Origin: Anaerolineae bacterium
GTDB lineage: Bacteria; Chloroflexota; Anaerolineae; UBA1429
Direction of reading: 5' to 3'
Assembly (NCBI GenBank): GCA_963675785.1
Contig: OY776562.1
Coordinates: 2,944,001 to 3,008,000, forward strand
DNA: 64,000 bases
Shown in pieces: positions 58,151-64,000 of this stretch. Position numbers and translations under genes: made by a program. The notes under the pieces were generated by a model. The model worked only from the letters and a program-made list of their open reading frames with translations, did not search any database and was not told the DNA's origin. Numbering within the stretch: the first letter of the stretch is position 1; every line of letters begins with the position of its first letter.

Positions 58151-58621
58151 GTGAATCAGAATGGTCCTCCTGTCGACAAACAGGAACTCGTGCAGGAAGT
58201 TATACAGAATCTGCTGGGCTTTAAGCGTGAGTGGCGAGTACAAAATCGCCGCTTGCAGGAAGAATTTGGACTTTCTTCACAAAAGATAGCCATATTGCGG
58301 CGTCTTGCTTCAGATGGCCCGACAACAGTTGGGCAGGTTGCCAAGCGGTTTTACGTATCGTGCCCAACTGCTTCGGAAGTTCTTGATGGATTGGCGTCTC
58401 TGGGATATGTAACCAGCCGCGTCGGTACGCAAGATGCAAGAAGGAGATGGATTGAGGTAACAGAACAGGGCCGTGCTATCGCGGAAAACGCTCCGTTGAC
58501 CACCGTCGAACGTGTACGGATTCACCTGTCTTCTCTAGAGACAGATGAGATAGAGCATATTGGCAAGGCGATTGCAGAGATCACATCATGCATTAGCTCG
58601 GGGGAGAGAGATAGCGACTGA
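58151..58621 (+). CDS. MarR family transcriptional regulator
   Basis: Winged HTH; DARR..I..T..G motif. Confidence 0.88.
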   Translation: MNQNGPPVDKQELVQEVIQNLLGFKREWRVQNRRLQEEFGLSSQKIAILRRLASDGPTTVGQVAKRFYVSCPTASEVLDGLASLGYVTSRVGTQDARRRWIEVTEQGRAIAENAPLTTVERVRIHLSSLETDEIEHIGKAIAEITSCISSGERDSD

Positions 58622-60378
58622 TGAAAGCTTCTCTACGCGTACTCAAATACATGAAGGATTTTTGGTTCCTAGAGGTTACGGCTTATCTCTGTATGTTGGG
58701 AATCAACTTTGTACAGATATACCGCCCACAGCTTACCAAGCAAATCATCGACATTGGCATTACGGAGAATCAACCGGATGTTCTTACATCGTCTGTGCTG
58801 ATGCTTCTTGTACTCACTCTTGTGCAGGGCGCTCTTCGGTTTGGTGAGACGTACCTGACTGAGCGGGTTTCGCAGGGCATTGCTTACAAATTGAGAAATC
58901 AGCTCTACCAAAAGATGCAAAAGCTCTCTTTTAGCTATCACGATAAAACGCAGACGGGACAGCTACTTAGCCGGACGACACGAGACGTGGATAGATTGCG
59001 ACGGTTGACCGGGCGCAGCATCCTGGGACTTGTGCAGGCGGTCATCCTGGTCATCTCTACAGCTGTCATTCTTTTTCGAATGAACGTTACTCTTGCGGCC
59101 TTTTCTCTGTTGGTTATGCCAATCATCGTTGTATACATGAGCAAGTACGTCAACGTAGTGCATCCCATGTGGCACCATCGCCAAGATATCATGGGAGATC
59201 TGACCACGCGATTGGAGCAAAACCTCTATGGGCTCAAGGTGGTTCGTGGTTTTGCCCAAGAAGACGCGGAAAAGGAGCGCTTTTCTCAACCTAACCAGCA
59301 GATTTTCGATATCTCGATGGATCTTGCCCGCAAAGAGGCCGTGGCCATGCCACTGACTGTACTCTTGGCCAGCTCAAGCGCGGTCTTTATCCTCTGGCTG
59401 GGCGGTTCTTTTGTCATCCAGGGCAAGCTTACGTTAGGCGAAATGATTGCCTTTAACTCGTATGTTCTGCAACTTGTTGCGCCGATGCGGCGTCTTGCCA
59501 ACGTTGCGGCAATGCTTGGTGAATCCGAGGCTAGCGCTGAGCGCGTCTTTGAGGTGCTAGATGCTGATGTCGAGATACACGATGACCCCGATGCCAAAGA
59601 GCTGGGCAAGATTCAAGGGCGTGTGGAATTCGAGCATGTGGATTTTTCTTATGTCGGTGGAACATCGGTGCTGACGGATATTTCTTTTGTGGTTGAGCCG
59701 GGTCAGACGGTGGCGCTTTTGGGGCCAACTGGCTCAGGGAAGAGTACGATTATTAATCTCATACCACGTTTCTATGATGTCACTGGTGGTGCCATCCTGG
59801 TCGACGGACAAGATATTGCCAAGGTTAAGGTAGAATCGCTTCGGCAGCAGATTGGCATTGTGTTGCAAGAGACAACTTTGTTTGGCAACACTGTGCGTGA
59901 AAACATCGCTTTTGGGCGCCCTGATGCGACACCTGAAGACATCGAGAATGCGTCCAAGGCAGCTGCCGCGCACGATTTTATTATGCAGATGCCCAATGGA
60001 TATGAAACCATAGTAGGAGAACGCGGGCTGACGCTTTCTGGTGGACAGCGACAGCGCATTGCCATTGCCCGGGCCCTTTTGTTGGATCCCCGCATCTTGA
60101 TTCTCGATGATGCCACTTCCAGCGTCGATACCGAGACGGAGCAGCTCATTCAGGGAGCGTTAGATAATCTTATGAAAGGGCGCACCAGTTTTGTCATTGC
60201 TCAGCGCGTATCGACTGTTCGCAATGCCGATCTGATTCTTGTTATTGACCGGGGACACCTTGTTGCCCGCGGGCAGCACAATGAGCTGATTCAGGAATCA
60301 GGCATCTATGCATCCATTTATCATCAGCAGCTCAGATCGAGCGAGGTTGATGTTGATAGTGGGAGGTCAATAGGATAA
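58621..60378 (+). CDS. Heterodimeric ABC exporter subunit A (permease + ATPase)
   Basis: 6 TMs, GPTGSGKS, LSGGQ, degenerate Walker B DD and Q in place of the switch His. Confidence 0.92.
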   Translation: MKASLRVLKYMKDFWFLEVTAYLCMLGINFVQIYRPQLTKQIIDIGITENQPDVLTSSVLMLLVLTLVQGALRFGETYLTERVSQGIAYKLRNQLYQKMQKLSFSYHDKTQTGQLLSRTTRDVDRLRRLTGRSILGLVQAVILVISTAVILFRMNVTLAAFSLLVMPIIVVYMSKYVNVVHPMWHHRQDIMGDLTTRLEQNLYGLKVVRGFAQEDAEKERFSQPNQQIFDISMDLARKEAVAMPLTVLLASSSAVFILWLGGSFVIQGKLTLGEMIAFNSYVLQLVAPMRRLANVAAMLGESEASAERVFEVLDADVEIHDDPDAKELGKIQGRVEFEHVDFSYVGGTSVLTDISFVVEPGQTVALLGPTGSGKSTIINLIPRFYDVTGGAILVDGQDIAKVKVESLRQQIGIVLQETTLFGNTVRENIAFGRPDATPEDIENASKAAAAHDFIMQMPNGYETIVGERGLTLSGGQRQRIAIARALLLDPRILILDDATSSVDTETEQLIQGALDNLMKGRTSFVIAQRVSTVRNADLILVIDRGHLVARGQHNELIQESGIYASIYHQQLRSSEVDVDSGRSIG

Positions 60379-62189
60379 TGGGATTTACATTTGCTCCCCC
60401 GGTAGGTGGTGGCCCACGACATGCTCTCAGGCAATACTCTGAAGAGACTCAGGGTAAAGCATTCGACCCCCATGTGATGCGAGCCCTGTTGACCTATCTT
60501 CGTCCCCATCGAAAAGGGATGATTGAAGGTACCCTTTTGATGATCCTTGAGGCGGGCATGGCCTTGCTTGCTCCCTACCTGATCGAAATCGCTATCGATG
60601 ACCACATCTCGAATGGTAACTATCAGGGGCTGGCGACAATTGCGTTGGCAGCATTTGGTGCCTATGTCGTGACTTTTGTATCTAGCTGGCGTCGTACTAT
60701 TGTACTGAACCGCGTTGGTAATGGTGTCTTGTTCAAGATGCGCAGTGACCTTTTCGACAAGTACCAGGTGCTATCCATGCGTTATTTAGATCAAAACGGC
60801 ACTGGCTCGCTCATTTCACGTATGCTCAGCGATGTCGGCGTGATCAACGAACTTCTCTCTCAGGGCCTCATATCGTTGTTGAGCGATATGTTTGTGGTAA
60901 TTAGCACCGTCATCGTTATGCTAGTTATCAATTCTCGCCTTGCTGTGCTTAGCTTTTCTGTATTTCCCTTGGTAATTCTGGGTTCCTGGTGGTTCTCACG
61001 ACGGGCGCGCACAGCTTACCGAGCCACACGTGAAAAGGTGAGTATTCTGACCGGGCGCTTAGCCGAGGACATCAGCGCGGTGCGCGTGATCCAGGCTTTT
61101 TCGGAAGAAGACAGGGCCAGCCAAGAGTTTGACACGGTCAATAGGCAATCTCGGGACGCCAATATCAACGCCATTACGTTGGCGGCCATCTATAACCCTA
61201 TGATGGAGATGCTGACCATGGTAGTTACCGCCATCATTTTATGGTTTGGCGGCAAAAGTGTCATAAGCGGCGGGGTAACCATCGGTGTGTTGGTGGCTTT
61301 TACGAGCTACTCCAGCCAGCTATTCCGACCCCTGTTGGAGATGAGCACGATTTTCAACAACTGGCAGGCGGCTATGGCAGGCGGTGAGCGCGTCCTCGAA
61401 ATCCTAAATCTAGAACCCGATATCGTGGATGCACCCGATGCAGTTGCTCTTGAGAATGTACACGGCGATATTGTTTTTGATGACGTGAGTTTTGCTTACA
61501 AAAAAGATGTGCCAGTTCTTTCTCACATCGATGTACATGTGCAATCGGGAGATACCGTGGCATTGGTTGGCCCAACAGGTGCGGGCAAGACGACTTTTGC
61601 CAGTCTGCTGATGCGCTTTTATGACGTAGATGAGGGGTCTATCTGTGTGGATGGCAAGGATATTCGCGATGTCACCATTCAGTCTCTGCGTCGGCAACTA
61701 GGTGTAGTTCCGCAGGAACCTTTCCTCTTTCAGGGAACGATTGCTTACAACATTGCCTATGGCGATGTGACCAGATCGCGTGAGAGTATTATCGAGGCGG
61801 CCCAATCAGCCAATGCCCACGAGTTTATCACGCGTTTGCCGAACGGGTATGACACCGAAATATACGAAGGCTCGACGAATCTCTCGTTGGGGCAGCGTCA
61901 GCTGGTGTGTTTGGCTCGTGTGATTTTGGCGCAACCCAAGATACTGGTTTTGGATGAGGCGACGTCTAGCGTGGACTTGCGGACTGAGGGCCTGATTCAG
62001 GATGCTCTGGATCGGCTGATGGAGGGGCGTACCTCATTGGTAATCGCCCACCGTTTGGCCACTGTCCAGAGGGCTTCGACCATTCTGGTAATCGATCACG
62101 GGGAGATCATCGAAAGGGGTTCGCACAAAGAGCTCTTGGCGAACCAGGGTCTTTACAGCCAGCTCTACAAGAGTCAGTTTATCGACTAG
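60378..62189 (+). CDS. Heterodimeric ABC exporter subunit B
   Basis: 6 TMs, GPTGAGKT, LSLGQ, DEATS, IAHR. Confidence 0.92.
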   Translation: MGFTFAPPVGGGPRHALRQYSEETQGKAFDPHVMRALLTYLRPHRKGMIEGTLLMILEAGMALLAPYLIEIAIDDHISNGNYQGLATIALAAFGAYVVTFVSSWRRTIVLNRVGNGVLFKMRSDLFDKYQVLSMRYLDQNGTGSLISRMLSDVGVINELLSQGLISLLSDMFVVISTVIVMLVINSRLAVLSFSVFPLVILGSWWFSRRARTAYRATREKVSILTGRLAEDISAVRVIQAFSEEDRASQEFDTVNRQSRDANINAITLAAIYNPMMEMLTMVVTAIILWFGGKSVISGGVTIGVLVAFTSYSSQLFRPLLEMSTIFNNWQAAMAGGERVLEILNLEPDIVDAPDAVALENVHGDIVFDDVSFAYKKDVPVLSHIDVHVQSGDTVALVGPTGAGKTTFASLLMRFYDVDEGSICVDGKDIRDVTIQSLRRQLGVVPQEPFLFQGTIAYNIAYGDVTRSRESIIEAAQSANAHEFITRLPNGYDTEIYEGSTNLSLGQRQLVCLARVILAQPKILVLDEATSSVDLRTEGLIQDALDRLMEGRTSLVIAHRLATVQRASTILVIDHGEIIERGSHKELLANQGLYSQLYKSQFID

Positions 62190-62191
62190 GG

Positions 62192-62620
62192 CTACTCTTT
62201 GGGTGCATTTTTGGCGAGCAATCGCGCGTGAGCGCCATCCCAGGTGGATGAAGACCGGGTCAACTTGGCGATTTTTATGTCACCAAAATGCGGTGCTAAC
62301 GCTCCCAACTCGCGCGGCAGCTCGCTCCAACGATTACCGAGGACGATACGCTCCAGACGGTCGGCTGATGGTTTGGCCCAGTCCCACTCGCTACGAAATC
62401 GATCTGCCTTGAGAAAGTAATTGCGATCTTCCCAAGCTCGAGTAGTAGTTTCGATGGTGTTATCGATCTCTCGCAAGTAATAGACAATGGCTGCTGCCAT
62501 GTCTTTGGTCTCTTGATCGACCTGTTGTTTCATCATCAGTCGGCGGAGCATCTCAGCGATGCTTCGCCGACAGCCATTTCTTATACTTCCGGGACTCGAT
62601 GTATTAACAATACGACTCAT
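62192..62620 (-). CDS. Conserved hypothetical helical protein
   Basis: GGAGGGAG SD; AWEDRNYFLKADRFRSEW motif. Confidence 0.75.
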   Translation of the reverse strand: MSRIVNTSSPGSIRNGCRRSIAEMLRRLMMKQQVDQETKDMAAAIVYYLREIDNTIETTTRAWEDRNYFLKADRFRSEWDWAKPSADRLERIVLGNRWSELPRELGALAPHFGDIKIAKLTRSSSTWDGAHARLLAKNAPKE

Positions 62621-62805
62621 AATCTCCCTCCAAACGTTGTGAGTTTACAGACCAAGGCCAAAATCGTCAAAGAAGTAATCAACGCCTTGACCGGGACATG
62701 CGGAGAGGTTAGTATTCTTTGGATTATGCTTTTCCCCACAACTTTATTCTCCCGACTCTTGATAGCTAGCCGGTTAACGGACCCGATTCATTCCCGGAGA
62801 TTAGA

Positions 62806-64000
62806 ATGAACAAGCCTGGGCCTTTTGTTTCCTTTTTTCTTGTTCTCACCCTAGTTGGCTGTACGGATGCTGAGCTTACGCCAACAACTCTGACGCCTAC
62901 ACCTACAGAAGCATCAACAGCAACAATTGCTGCAACGGATACGGCTCCTGCTATTCAAGAGGCGTCGCTTACTCCTTCTGCAACTGCTACGCGTACACCT
63001 TTGCCAGCGACAGTTGGTGAGGTCATGATGCAGGCCCAGCAATTATATGCTGAAGGTGACTTTGCTGCGGCTGTGGATTTGCTTCAGTCTGCCGAAAGCA
63101 TGGCAGATAAAGATGAATGGGCGGTTATGCAGCTCCTTATGGGGCGCATCTTGCTGGATGATGACCAGCCTGTAGCGGCTGTTGAGGTTTTGGAGGCTAT
63201 CCAAGTCAGGCAGCTATCAGATGATGATGCATTGCTGCGCCTGGGTTTGTTGGGCATGGCCTATCAGGGGGCAGGAGATACGGCCGCGTCAGCTGCAAGC
63301 TATGACGATTATCTCGATCAAGGCGGTGCCGGATCAGCCGAGATTCAGAAATTGTTGATCGAGGTATATCAGCAGGCAGGCGAGTACGAACAGGCCGTTG
63401 CCGTGCTCGAATCAATGGATCTATCCTTGTTTGATACCTCAGACCGTGCCGATCTGTTAGAACAGATGGCTTCTCTCTATTTAGAGTTGGACGAGTATGA
63501 TGCAGCCTTGGCTGCCTATGAAGAGATTCTCTCTTTTGCCCAGTATGCTTCTTATCGCTCTCTGGTCATGTTCTACAAAGCTCAAACATTACTGCTTGCT
63601 GAGGATGAAACCGGGGCGGTTACGGCTTTTGGGCAAGTACTGACTGATTATCCTTATAGCTACGGCGCATATTTGAGCCTTGTCTCTTTGGATGAACTAG
63701 AGCAGCCGGTCGAGGATAATCTCATTCGCGGCAAGGCACTGCTGGCCGGCGGCCAATCGGTTGATGCAGCGAATGTTTTGCTTGAGGCACTAAACGTGTC
63801 TACAGGCAGTTGGGATGAGATCTATTACTATTTGGCTTTGGCCTATGAGGCTGTTGGCGACGACACGTCTGCCGATATCTGCTATGCCCAAATCATCGAC
63901 GGCTATTCCAACAGCGGTTATATCGTATCCGCTTGGTTTGGACGAGCAGAGTTGGCCGATTCTTTGGGGCAAAGTGCGGCTCAAATCTACCAGGACTTTG
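62806..64000 (+). CDS. TPR-repeat lipoprotein, 3' truncated (possibly the N-terminus of a soluble lytic transglycosylase); not in ORF track
   Basis: ATG at 62806 after GGAG; lipobox LVGC; Thr/Pro linker; TPR repeats; frame open to the window end. Confidence 0.8.
   Translation, partial: MNKPGPFVSFFLVLTLVGCTDAELTPTTLTPTPTEASTATIAATDTAPAIQEASLTPSATATRTPLPATVGEVMMQAQQLYAEGDFAAAVDLLQSAESMADKDEWAVMQLLMGRILLDDDQPVAAVEVLEAIQVRQLSDDDALLRLGLLGMAYQGAGDTAASAASYDDYLDQGGAGSAEIQKLLIEVYQQAGEYEQAVAVLESMDLSLFDTSDRADLLEQMASLYLELDEYDAALAAYEEILSFAQYASYRSLVMFYKAQTLLLAEDETGAVTAFGQVLTDYPYSYGAYLSLVSLDELEQPVEDNLIRGKALLAGGQSVDAANVLLEALNVSTGSWDEIYYYLALAYEAVGDDTSADICYAQIIDGYSNSGYIVSAWFGRAELADSLGQSAAQIYQDF

Overview
Mostly housekeeping, moderately GC-rich bacterial chromosome segment. 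Gene content suggests an anaerobic Chloroflexota (Anaerolineae-like) organism; this is an inference from the GT-C/Ig-repeat glycosyltransferases, the RibXY-type transporter and the GlmL/DUF6754-like operon. In order, it holds: clpC(partial)-radA-PIN/TRAM-cysS-rlmB; an epimerase and an SPT-like alpha-oxoamine synthase; ruvB-queH-queA-NUDIX; a corrinoid protein; a GT4 + three GT-C glycosylation locus; T-box-regulated serS and alaX-ileS; a rarA fusion; a class A PBP; a LysM-M23 peptidase; rho; moxR; an FMN-riboswitch ABC transporter; a seven-gene uncharacterised membrane operon built around a GlmL-like actin-fold protein; a MarR-ABC exporter; and a partial TPR lipoprotein. No rRNA, tRNA, CRISPR array or intact mobile element was seen. 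Best leads: (1) an unannotated YuzD/DUF1462-like thioredoxin-fold selenoprotein (CGGG-UGA plus a SECIS-like hairpin); (2) an IscB/IsrB-like PLMP domain fused to QueH; (3) the GlmL-like/DUF6754 operon with no glutamate mutase; (4) IleRS2 with a GVHH motif, plus MHKS motifs in both CysRS and IleRS; (5) a structured non-T-box cysS leader and a hidden 40-aa Met/His-rich ORF. All family assignments come from recalled motifs, not database searches.
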